A DNA stretch of 64,000 bases from Lytechinus pictus (taxonomy: Eukaryota). Below are positions 13,923 to 25,986 of the stretch, in pieces. The position numbers and the translations under genes were made by a program. The stretch is from NCBI RefSeq assembly GCF_037042905.1, contig NC_087255.1, forward strand, positions 10,416,001-10,480,000, read 5' to 3'. Under the pieces are notes generated by a model. It had not been told where the DNA came from, searched no databases, and saw only the letters and a list, made by a program, of their open reading frames with translations. Each line of letters begins with the position of its first letter. Within the stretch, counting starts at the first letter, position 1.

Positions 13923-14236
13923 CTATCCATATGGGTTGCTCTTTGGTTTCTCCTCATACAGAGTCATCGATTCTAAAGGCCCTTTCTGGGAGTACTCTTC
14001 GAACGACCCATCGTAGAGGGCCACATCTTCTTTTCCCGCAACGTAAGCGCCGAGGATCAGGGTGCATGCAGTGATCCCAACGGCGCACTGGGAGGTCAAA
14101 GGGCGGGAAAGGTCGACGCCCTTTGACCGGAAGAGCGCCTTGAGGTCGTCGGCTGATTTGAACTTGCTGGTACCGTCGACGTAGAAGTTTGGGTAAGGGA
14201 TGTTGGCGGCCATCTTCATGATGCCCAGTTTCATAC
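13923..14236 (-). CDS. Sulfurtransferase paralog B (TST/MPST family), exon 3 of 3 with catalytic Cys
   Basis: Acceptor attatgcag|GT (phase 1). DLSRPLTSQCAVGITAC and VALYDGSFEEY. Gene model join(complement 16733-16831, 14535-15126, 13923-14236) = 334 aa. Confidence 0.93.
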
Positions 14237-14534
14237 CTGCATAATTGAATGACGAAGAAAATATTAGTGAGGGAATGCCATGAGTCTGGAAGAATATTGG
14301 TAGACTTCTATTTTAGAGAAATGGACAGTCTTAACTAGAGTAAAAGCAAATTAGGGGTTCGTATTAGGATAAGCCACATCAAATATTTAATAAGGATATA
14401 TTTCAAAATAAAAATAGGCCTAATGTTAACAATAGTGGGCGAAAAGAGAGACAGGGTAACTTATGAAACAATCCCAGAGAAAAAATAATCACTACAATGA
14501 AGCTGTAATGGTTACATGATAGAGATCAAAATAC

Positions 14535-15126
14535 CTGGATAAGCAGAAGGTAGTGTTCCGTCATACCAATCAACAGGACGACTATCCATAATCTGAAACT
14601 GTGGTTTTTTCACATTCTGGAGGACTTCTTCGAAAGTCTTTAGGAGATCTTCACGTAGCTTGGGTACCTTGTAAGTCACCGGTGAGGGCGCCGGCGTCGG
14701 ATCTTCTGTGACCTCTCGCTTCTCTTCCATCCACTGCTGAAGACCACCGTCAAGCACCGACACGGCTTCATGGTCAAAGAGGCGGAACATCCACCAAATC
14801 CTAGGTGATGTCATGATCCTGACCCGGCCATCGTAGAGGACGACGTGCGTGTCGTTGTCGACGCCGAGTGTCTTCCCAACGAAATCGGCAAAGTACTCTG
14901 GAGATGGGATGGTGTAATGAAAAGGGGACTCTTTGTCGCAGAGGTGAGCAAGATCAACATGGACACTTCCTGGTATGTGTAACTTGTCTGTTTGCATTGC
15001 TATCCTTGTGGTGTCCAGGACTCGGAGAGGCCTTCCATCTGGTGTCTTCTGTCTTTCAAGTGATTCTGCTAGCCATCCTGTGTTCACCAACCCAGGAATA
15101 CTGCTGTAACTTGGCACCGAGGTGTG
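14535..15126 (-). CDS. Sulfurtransferase paralog B, exon 2
   Basis: Acceptor cctattttcag|CAC, donor G|gtattt. LVNTGWLAE, RVLDT, HIPGS, NDTHVVLYDG, PRIWWMFR, SVLDGG. Confidence 0.93.
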
Positions 15127-15810
15127 CTGAAAATAGGACAAAAGAAGGATATATATCTGAATGAAAAGACCAGTCTATTTGAATTTATATTTGTAAATAA
15201 TTTGTCAGAAGAGAGAGATTCCGTTCTAAAGTTATTGGGCAGAAGACAATTCTGTATCTATTCTGGTGGAGTATAAGGAGGCGAAGTGGAGGATGGGAGA
15301 ACAGGAAAGGACATTAATAAACGCAAGCCATGGTCAAACGAAGCATGGGGCAGACTCTGAGGCAGGAGGCAGCTACCCCCCCCCCCCCCGAAATTTTGAA
15401 ATAGGAAATATAGCATGTACGTTGATATCAACTAGGTTAGTTTTTCTTATCTATTGATATGAAAAAAAATGTTATTATTTGTTTTATATTCCACATCGGA
15501 AACTATCAAATTGTAGATGAAAAGGAGCAAATATGTCTATTTAATTTTCACATAAATTGAAATCATATTCTAAATACAGGCAAAGCAAAGAAGTTTAATA
15601 TCTCTTGAGTGTATGTGGGTCCGGGCGTCAAGTGCAATATAATTTCACATAATTTTGATCAAAGATTTAACAAAGAGATACATGTATAAGCAAAACACCG
15701 ACTCATGAGTTCGTTTGACAAATCTAAAAATTATCACATAATTCACTATTGGATATCAACATTCGAATTGAATATATATGATTATATTTAGATAGAAACT
15801 ATAAAAAAAA

Positions 15811-15990
15811 ATAGATAGATAGATAGATAGATGATAGATAGATAGATAAATAGGTATATAGATAGATAGATAGATGGATAGATAGATATTGACTCTGGAG
15901 AGAGAGATCCAAATTCAAATTCAAATTCGATAGATAGATAGATAGATAGATAGGTAGATAGATAAACAGGTAGATAGATAGATAAACAGG
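15811..15990. repeat. Interrupted (GATA)n microsatellite
   Basis: Directly visible, in intron 1 of paralog B. Confidence 0.9.
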
Positions 15991-16732
15991 TAATTTTAGA
16001 TTGGCATAAAGAATTTAAACACTAGACATGTCAGATAAGATAATATTGTACATTTTGCTATGCATACAATGTATTTGTGGTATTAACATTATTATGAGAT
16101 GTGGCCGATCCCCTGAAACGAGAGGATTGTGTTCCTTTTGGGATCAATATATGCTTTGTATCTTTCATAGCTATGCTTGTTGGATTTTGTTTGGGATATA
16201 AAGCCTATATCGTTTGTTTTTTTTGTTTTGTTTTTTGATCAATTGTGAACCCTGATTTATTGTTCTAATTGTTGACAAAAAAGATCAACTTTCTGCGCCC
16301 CCACTTGAATGAAATTCATGATCCACGTTTACCATACTGATGGACCCATCTAAACACTACGCATAATGATTTCACGTCTGAATTTGCAGACTACGCGTCA
16401 TAGCTCGAACTTTAATAATTTGTTCTACGTGCACAGACAGTACATTATAATTTGGTACAGGTGCATTATGGTAAACGATAAGTGGGCGTGTCGTGGGCTT
16501 GTTCTGGGCATGGCGTACTCGGTCTTGAAGTCTAGCGTGGGTTAAGTCCTTGGTTAAACTAGATCATGAAAGAATCACTCTCCGTAGATTATAAAGGTCT
16601 TCTTATGGGTCCCGGGGATATGAACCACGGCATAGCAAAGCAATTATGTCCCAGGTAATGTGTTTCATGCACAAATGCATATACGACATGCAGACATTGA
16701 AGCAGCGCTGCTAGCGCTTGTAATATACTCAC

Positions 16733-16831
16733 GAACTGCGATCCAGGGACGATGTTGACAACAGTCCTTCCGATGCTTGTTGCATTCCAGAGGCTTCTTC
16801 GTAGAGACTGGATTACAAACACGTTCCTCAT
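16733..16831 (-). CDS. Sulfurtransferase paralog B, exon 1 (mitochondrial presequence-like)
   Basis: MRNVFVIQSLRRSLWNATSIGRTVVNIVPGSQF, phase-0 donor TTC|gtgagt; splices to give SQF-HTS. Arg/Ser-rich with no Asp/Glu. Confidence 0.82.
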
Positions 16832-19800
16832 TATTTCAGAATCACCTCAAGCTCTTAAATACGAATGCAGAGATGGAGATTATTAAAGCTATTTCAGCAA
16901 TATGGTTTTAACACAGAGTTACATCTCCCCGGCCCCGTTATATTATATATACAGCTTGTACGCATGAGAAACATTTTGGCAACATGCCAGCGATTTTAGT
17001 CACTGGGCGTACAGGTGCAGGTAGCTAGTGTAAGAGGGGCAAGGCTATATCGGAGGGTGATGTTATTATTGCCTATTTTGGGTTATGGCTATAAGGTCAG
17101 ACCTCTCTTTTCGAAAGTTGCCCTCCCTTCTTACCTTTTCGTTTGTTTTCCTTATTCTTCTTTCGATCCCCTTATATTCTTGAAAAATCATAGGGACACC
17201 GGGAGGTCGCCCGCCTGCATGACCCCCCCCCCCCCACACACACACACACACACATAGCGCCTCCCCTGAAATAACCAATATTTGATTTAATCGTGATCCT
17301 ATATGGTCCAAGGCGTAGGCTTTCAAAGAGGGGGACATGCACTGAGAAAATTAAGGCACCTAGCTTGAAAAAGATCAAAAAAAGAGACAGATAAACGACC
17401 ACGACGATTCTTAAATCCGAGAATAGATCTAATATATTTTTTTTTTCAAAGTTTTCTCAACATTTAAGTTTTCTGTTAGGAAATGAGAACTGACTCATTT
17501 GAAAGCGTTTAAGTAAGGGAGTCAGAAAAAAAATCATATTGAATTTTTGGGTGCCATATGAAATAAATATGACGTGCCATTGATTAATCCACGTGGTGGA
17601 TTTGGGGTGCTTGTCACATTTGTCTTTTTAGGCGGCAAATATTATTTCCTGCCTATGGCACATACCCTTTGCTTCGGTTGTTGGCAACTTAATTTCAATG
17701 GTACATTACAAGCATATGCACCCCATCAACGTTTCCTTTTGAAAAAAAAAAATCCTTTCACCTATAGTACTCCTTCATTTCTTTTTTTCAAATCCCCCAG
17801 CACACACACACTCACACAATGCCTTTTAACTCCCGGGCGAGTCTTCCCCCTCTAGATAGGCCATGTATGCCTTCATAATGACAACTTCATTACTGATATA
17901 TCCAACATGGAAATGAAATGAAAATCCTGAACAGAAAAAACAATGAGGATTTCCTTCACCGACTATTGATCACAAAAGACCTCTGACAAGTCCGGTCAGA
18001 GATACTTTATATTCAATACCCCCATTTTAAAGAGTCACCAATCAGATCCTACTCATCGTGATTGACAGATTGATTCAATTGGCATAAGATCATTTCGACA
18101 AAGAGGGCATAAGTCCGTACGTCGATATATGCTTTGTGACGTATTTCAACTTGAAAAGAAAATCGATACTGACAACCCCCTCTTAATTTGTGACAAGATG
18201 CCCATGAAGTCACGAGGGATCTTTGCTTCAATTATAGCTTTAAATTTTATGCTTCAAATGAGACATGAAAGTGTGAAAAGTTGTCACCTATTAAAACTGA
18301 AGTACACTTGTATTTTACCAATTTTACCTTTTTAATGGAGAGAATAATATTGCTGATTTTAGCCACTTTTTATCCCATCTTCGGCAATGATTCTAGTAAT
18401 TCATTAGAAATTGAAAAATATGAATTCCTTAAATTACAAAAACCGATTAAAGAATGGTAAAGAGTTAAGTTTAAAATGATTATCGTCAAATTAATGGTTT
18501 TGTACTGTCACTTGACGTACACTCGATCGAAATTTTAATAGTATTGGTTAAACAGTGTTATGAATGAAATAATTTATAATGTATTTAAGCTTGCAGCCCG
18601 TAAGGTTGTAATGAAATGTTATATATATATATATATATTGTTCAGTCGAGTTGACTGAGGATAGGCATTGTTCATAAGCAATGCTGACGGCAATTTATAT
18701 ATTGAAAGTATGATATTGCGTGTTTTGGCAGATTAATGTTAAAAGTTGGACGGCCGTTGAAGAAATATTAATCTAATATCATAACAATCATGATATCATC
18801 AATAAATCACAAAGACCACATTCAATTGAGTAATATAGGAATACTTCATTATCTGCCATGATAAATATCTCTATCAAATGATATAATTATAAATCAAAGT
18901 TTTGTTATTTAATATAAGATCAATATCAACATAAAAACTTGCTTAATACCTTCTCCAATATCTGTTCTATACGAGATTGATGATTTTTTTTTTGTATTAA
19001 ATAGGACAGTTTTTCATAGGCCTAACCCTCACTTTGTGAGCCCTACACAAGATTTCCCATTTTTCATAATAATCGATAGCTATTGATCATACGCTTATTT
19101 ATTGCCACTCGGGATAACAAAGCGCTTTGAGATGCAATATATGCCTCCCAGGAGGCGACCGTCAAGTTTACATTAGCGGCAGAGAATTTAAGTTATCATC
19201 GTCATCATCACATCCCCAAATTCCATTTGAAAAGCTTATTAAAAATGACTATTGCTAAAAATGACGAACTATTTTGTTACTTTTCCCCCTATACTATATG
19301 TTTTTATAAGGAGGCTGCACTCTCCAAGCTCCGCTTTTTAGCAGCCTCCTCCATTTCAGACCTGTTTATATAATAATCTTGATTATAATTTTTGCACATA
19401 GAGATTTGAATTATGTTTTCCGGCTCATATTTGTATATCAAAATGCACGAAACAAATCGTAAATGCTGGAGATGGAAATAATAAACAACATAAAAATGAA
19501 ATGAAATTTAGGCAAACCTTTAAATTCCCCATTTTGCCATTCGACAAAATTTATGATTTCTCACCATTTTACTCATTCGTGTTCGCATGTGTGTCAAATT
19601 ATTTATTCTTATAAAACTTGCAGAACATGTTTTGATTTTTGTATATTGATTTGATTTTGACCTCGCCCCCAGAGAAATACCCGCTTGTGATTCTGCACGT
19701 CTGGGTCTTTAAAAAAATCAATGCAGAAAGAGTTGCGTTTAAACGCAAGCCAAAAAATCAATCGCAAGTCCCAAATGCGCGCTGTTGATTGGTTGAAAAT

Positions 19801-20013
19801 CAAGTTGCGCGTGATTTTTAGAGTTGCGATTGATTGCAACCCTTTCTGCAATGGGCCCCAGCCGTAAAATAATCGTTCTAATTATCACATTCCAGTGTGT
19901 GATAATGAGGGAATGATAGACAATAACTTGTATCGTTTGTCAAGAACAAAGTCCGATATTACTCTTCAGATCAATACTGTATATCAATTATGCGTCTTTT
20001 GATTATTGACACG

Positions 20014-20026
20014 GTTATATATAAAT
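20014..20026 (+). promoter_or_regulatory. Candidate TATA box for the orphan gene
   Basis: ttatatataaata immediately before a shift to CpG-richer sequence, about 1.5 kb upstream of the ATG at 21569. Confidence 0.3.
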
Positions 20027-21568
20027 ACCCATCTTGCTAGCAAGTCAAGCTTCTTCCGACAAATTGATAACAACTCGTCCCTCTTCTCTCCACTCTTATA
20101 GAGGTGTTGTTCCCAGAATGCAGTCATCAGGATTTACAAGGCGATTTCTTTTATGCCACGTCGGCTCTAAAAGAAAGTCCCGTCGAACAAAAGCAGACGA
20201 TCGATCGCAGCGATCGATTTGATAAAGAGGCAGATGGGAAATCGCGTGGAGTTGTCAAAAGGCAAGGGCGGTGTGGGCTCTGTGTGTCCCACTGGATACA
20301 ATTGTTATTTTCAACAGGCTTATATTTTGAAAAGACGAGAAGGGGAGAAGTTGTTTACTCAGACTCAAGACTTAGCAGCCTTAGTATTTACAATTTCTCG
20401 CCTAAACCTCTAGGCTCTTGATATACTCTGAGGACCCTTCGGACGATTTCATGAATTCGGCATTCGACTGATGTTTCTTGGTATCGTACTCGTCCGTGTC
20501 TTTTCCGCCACATTATAAAGTTTTTATCGAACCAATTTATGATCACTCAAGGAGATTCGATTAGATATAAAAAGGATTAACATCGTGGGGTACAATGGAT
20601 GCGGTTATGTGGATCTAATTACAAATCATCACTCGTGTCAATCTACGATGCTATTCATAATGTTCTCATCTGGTCAGTGGAGTGTTTCTTTTCATAATGC
20701 GGAGATAATTCTGGTCGAGTGCGCTTTAATTTGAAGACTGTCATTCTTAACATCATCTTAAGTGTTATCATGGATATTAGATTACCTGAAATTATTAGCG
20801 AAGTCATCGGTAAAAACATCGAGGAATGAAACAAACTGAATAAATCATTGGAAAATTATCAAATCATCATGGTAAAAATCAACATCCATTTGGACTGAAC
20901 GTTAAGAAGTATGAAATGGTTCGACTGTTCGTTCACCTGTATATTTAGTGGCACTCTTTTAAATCTTTGTTTATCATTTGTTGAATCATCGCGTGTTTCA
21001 CTGTTTTGATCAAAGTCTCCTGAAACAATATATTGGGCAAAAAATAAATAAAAACACACGTGATAAATGTGAACGACTTGAACAAGAAATGAAATCGTGT
21101 TTTACCACTTGATCTACATCAGCATTCTTCTTTACTTCACCGTGTGCAATAACGATCTACGATACTTATGTTCTTAATTACTACTAATTGAGGAAAGGTG
21201 TGATATCTAAATTCTTTATTCTGGAGAGGGTCTAAAGTTGACTACTAATGTTTAAACAACCTTAATGACAAACACTTCAAGATCCACCAAGTTCAGAACT
21301 CTTCAATGAATATTATGTCAAGTTAACCAGTGTGCGTGACACCTTGAGACGCCTTGGCTTTATCTCGTGATAATGACTTCAAGTTCTACCATGTGGAATT
21401 GACACATTTTTCTAGAACATTCGATTTTGAAACCATGAAATAAACCGTGAACACGCCATTTTTTTGAGAGTTCAGATATAACTTGTGTTCTGCTCGTGTT
21501 CATTTGTAAAAAAAAATATTTTGCACGTGAAACAACAGCAGTTTCTGCAAAAGCAGGATGACTTAACG

Positions 21569-22832
21569 ATGAGCGGAAATAAAGAAAGTCGGCACCGTGG
21601 CAGTGGTGTTGCCAAGACCCGGGCCGACCGCGCTCCGCGCGAGGGTGACGATCGTACTAGAAATCGGCGACTAGCCGACATACGGAGGGGCAACAAGACC
21701 AGACACCAACTTGAGTTACTAACCAACGCCCATGGAGGGATTAAAAAACAATCATCGACGCCCTCATCATGGCGATCCGAATCAAGAACGTTGGAGACGT
21801 GGTCGGCGAAGGAGAAGAGAGAAAGGACGTTGCCTAAACCTCCAGATTTAGAAACCAGGAATTCTTGCCCGGCGTTGCCCGCAATATCCCCGTCGTTGGG
21901 AATTCATATTGACAGTGAGTCAAGACAACACAGTCCTCAAGCAGGGTTGTACGGTCCTCGAGCTTTCGGCTCAAATGCCAAAACAACTAAACAGGAAAGT
22001 CTTAACTTAAACTTGCCAAGCGATAAACCGAGGGTAATGAGGGACAACTCATTAGATTTGATCGCGAATGTTCGTCACCCGTCATCAAAAGTTGCAGCAA
22101 AACATAAATTTGGAAACCAAAACTCCAAATTGACTTTACCTCCCAAGAACGATTATGTTAAGGCTATTCAATACGAATCAAAACCGAAGAGAACGTTCAG
22201 TGTTCCAGACATTGCCAACTCAACTCAGCCATCAGACCTGTCAGAAGCTCGCCAAATTGCCATCAAAGAAGCAGAAATTTCTAACTCCAATAAAGACAGA
22301 AGGGAATATGATTCAACCAACGGAACGAAACACCGTTATTCTGTACTTCTTAAAGGAGGCACCTCAGCAACGAAAGCACCGTATGTGGCTAGAGTTGGAA
22401 GCGAAACCATCGGTCAGAATACAGTGTCTAAAAGTGATGATGATCGTCACGCTGATGATGCCCACAGTTGTCTCCAAAGAACGTCAACCGATGACGCGGC
22501 AACGAAAGATGGCGAAGATCGTCTGCAAAAACCAACGACCGCTCCTCGTAAACGCGAGGGCGTCTCTTCTCCAAGTCGCCGTCGCGGAAGGCACCTGAGA
22601 AGCCACAAAGAACTCTTTGCTTTCCAACAAGACCTGCTTCTTCCTCGATACAGGAAGTTGGCTGGGATAAGTGGCGGCGATGCAGATGTGCCGCCGAATG
22701 ATCGACGGTCTGCCGACGAAAGCCAAGGAGGAGGCGCGTTTACGCGACGATCGGACGCAAGGGAAGTCTTTGAGAAGGTCCGTCTTATCATCAAGGGCCC
22801 AGAGAAGGTTGAGACTGTCACCAAGCCTACAG
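21569..22832 (+). CDS. Uncharacterised basic, low-complexity protein, coding exon 1
   Basis: 421 open codons, markedly GC-richer than the flanks; ATG at 21569; phase-1 donor ACA G|gtaatt. No recognisable domain. Confidence 0.8.
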
Positions 22833-23043
22833 GTAATTACCTCCATCATTAAGACTATCGTCTAATTAGACAATATACTAATTTTCATAACAATCTTAAA
22901 TTATAACTTTATAGTGATAATGATGAGATTGATTATCCTAAACAAAATGAATCATGATAACGAGAATTATGATGATGATAATAATAATTGTGGTAATGAT
23001 AATAATAGTGATCACAATAAAAATAGTAACAATAACAACATTG

Positions 23044-23214
23044 NNNNNNNNNNNNNNNNNNNNNNNNNNNNNNNNNNNNNNNNNNNNNNNNNNNNNNNNN
23101 NNNNNNNNNNNNNNNNNNNNNNNNNNNNNNNNNNNNNNNNNNNNNNNNNNNNNNNNNNNNNNNNNNNNNNNNNNNNNNNNNNNNNNNNNNNNNNNNNNNN
23201 NNNNNNNNNNNNNN
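23044..23214. other. N run (gap or masked simple repeat)
   Basis: 171 Ns flanked by AAT/GAT and AGA simple repeats. Confidence 0.95.
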
Positions 23215-23669
23215 AGAAGAAGAAGAAATAATCTCTTTCAAATATGAATCGACAGAGGAGATGTGGTACTGCTGTAAACTGTGTCGTTGCAGTGTTGCAT
23301 ATTTTCTGCTTCAAAATTATTATAGTTCTTTGAAGTTGGTTAACAGATTGAACCGATTTCAGAGATGAACATTGATTTATCAAACCCTATAATTGAATTA
23401 AGAGTAACCTATCCATGCCCATGCATGTTCAGAAGTATTTAAAACATGAACATGTTGGTCTCAGTTAACCCCAGAACAATTCGTTCTAACATTAGATGGT
23501 ACTTATTTGACATGAGATCATTGCTTTTTTTGATATCATTTTAATGAACATATGGCTTATTATTTTGCTGGTAATTATGAAAATATAAAAGTGAATTACG
23601 TTTCATAAAGCAAACATTTTTTTTCACTTTCCTTTCTGTTCTTTGTTTCTTTGTTTTATTTTCTTGCAG

Positions 23670-23785
23670 ATCGTAAAGTTCCTCAAATGATGCCCATCTA
23701 TCTAAAGTCAGGCTTGCCCTGTGGGTATGTCGACTCATCAAGTAAATGTGACGCCTGGTTGGACTCCAATGACTTTGATGACTAA
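23670..23785 (+). CDS. Uncharacterised protein, terminal coding exon
   Basis: Long polypyrimidine tract ending ttcttgcag|AT; phase 1 matches the upstream donor. Reads DRKVPQMMPIYLKSGLPCGYVDSSSKCDAWLDSNDFDD*, with AATAAA about 25 nt later. Total about 459 aa. Confidence 0.75.
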
Positions 23786-24745
23786 AGAATTAAAATGTAT
23801 TTATTACAAATAAAGACTGAAGAATTAAAATGTATTTATTACAAATAATATATTCAATTCAATTCAACATTTATTTTTCTTCCAATTGACATTTAATCCG
23901 TTTTCATATAGAATATACAAATCAATAATATCATAAATATATTTTTTTTTTAATGAATATGGATATGAAAGAACCATTCCGATTCGTTCCTGCCCGGTTG
24001 GGCATTGTCAGAGTTAGTCATTGGAATTTACCATTACATATACATGTATGTAAATACGGAGCCATATGTTATTTAAAGTGAAGCAATTGATCTTGGCTCC
24101 GTAACATGGCAGACGTGCAATGCCAATGACCAATCAATATCATCGTTGCATGCACACTTTGTTAAAAAAATACCGACCAGTAACCAATCAGAGGGTTTTT
24201 TTCATACATGTTATTCATCGAAAACCTTCATGTTACGGGGCAGGGCCCTGAATACGCTATGGCTAAAGGCGAGGACCCTCCTCACCCAAACAGTATCGAA
24301 CTATCGCCGATCGATCAAAATTCCGGCCATTGGTCGTCTTCCAAAACACTTTAAAAAATGTCTCTCATGTAAGTACCCTATATAAGGCATCTCGTCTCAT
24401 CTGATTTTGGAATGATGTAAAAGTTATTAATATATGGCCCTTTATACCAAGGGCAGGCAGGTGGGCGGGGGATAATAATACGTTAAATTTGAAGATGTGG
24501 ACGTGAGAGAGAAAAGCGACCGATCGGTCATGAACATGATGAAGGCGTTTTTATGGGGGGGTCAGGGATGTCCTTTCATGTTGTTGGGTAGCCTTTTTTG
24601 TTGGATGATCGAGTTAAGTAACATATCAAATTTTATCATTTGAAAAGTTTTATGAAATATGCCTTCGCAAGCAATTTAAAACGAAAAAAGTATCCATGCA
24701 TTCACGAGCGGCATCATGTTTTTTATTCAGGGGAAATGCCATAAG

Positions 24746-24967
24746 GTGACATATTTGGTTAAACCTCGTAATTCCGAAGGTTCTTTATTCCGAATGTTCG
24801 TAATTCCGAAACACGTAAATTGCCCATACCTCAATGTTCATTAATCCGAAAAAGAAAAGGGGTTCGTTAATCCGAACATTTGTGGCATTATTCTGAAGGT
24901 TCGCTAATCCGAAAACTTTGGAATAACGAACCTTTGGAATGCAAACCTTCGGAATTACGAATGTCAC
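24746..24967. mobile_element. Small palindromic MITE-like repeat
   Basis: cgtaattccgaagg ... ccttcggaattacg inverted arms with reiterated aatccgaa motifs. Confidence 0.55.
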
Positions 24968-25986
24968 CCACATATTGTTTGTTTATCACTGGGTATTACC
25001 ACTAGTCCTATACAACACAGACTTCTCTGATCTATTTTTCTTTATCCCCGACTTTTCTCTTGATTGTATTCATTTTCTGTAATTTGGAAGAGCATGCATA
25101 GGGGCGGTCACCCACCCTCCTTTGGCACTGAGGAACGGGGCGACCCGCCCCATGATTTTTATTATTATTATTTCTTTGGCGGGGTCTAGTAGTGAAAAAA
25201 GAATGAAAAGGCGGAAGAAAATGAAGAAAGAAAATGGTATATTTTATTGAAAGAGAAGGAAATGAAGGCCTATATTGCCTGTGGGGAACCCCCCCCCTCC
25301 CCCTCCTCATCCTGGTACCGTCTCTGTTTTGTCACATTGTTAAGGTGAAAAAGTTTATTGATATATAATCCTGACATTGAATGATCGTCATCAAAACAAA
25401 ACATTTAGTCTGGCTACAACATTTTTTATACATTTCTCTGCTGGTTAAAGCTATCGACAATATACAGAATCATGTTTTATGACAATATTGATTTTTGTAT
25501 AGCTATTATGAATGATTTAGTATGCACAACATGGCGCATATCTCTTTAAGAGTGCAGTCTTTATGAAGACGAGCGGAAGATATATTTAGGTTTGAATTTA
25601 CAAATGTGTCACAATTTATAGTCATATATGTATTTTTGAGTATTTCATATTATTTATGTTACTTCTCCAATTCATGCGTCTCTTTCTGACATTCCTCTTT
25701 ATCCCCTTTCTGACTCTGATACTACTTCTTTTATTAATTTTAGATATCTAGGCACTACCCCCCCCCCCCCTCCCTCTCTCTCTCACCCATTGATCTTTCA
25801 ACCTTCCCTAGTTCAGCCCCAACAATTTTCCTCCCATCTCTCTCCTTTTCCCTCAACCCCTTTGTCTTCCCGGCTCCAATATTGCATCCTCATTTCTCAC
25901 CCCTTCCCTCCACTCCCCCTCTCTCTCCCTTTCTCTTTCTTTCTTTCTCTCTCTCTCTCTCTCTATTTACAGTTGTAAAATGCTCA

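Noticed and set aside
22155-22865. Overlapping alternative-frame and antisense ORFs
   Set aside because: Expected shadows of a GC-richer coding exon.
22914-23383. ORFs spanning N runs (also 36034-36351)
   Set aside because: Artefacts of Ns and simple repeats.
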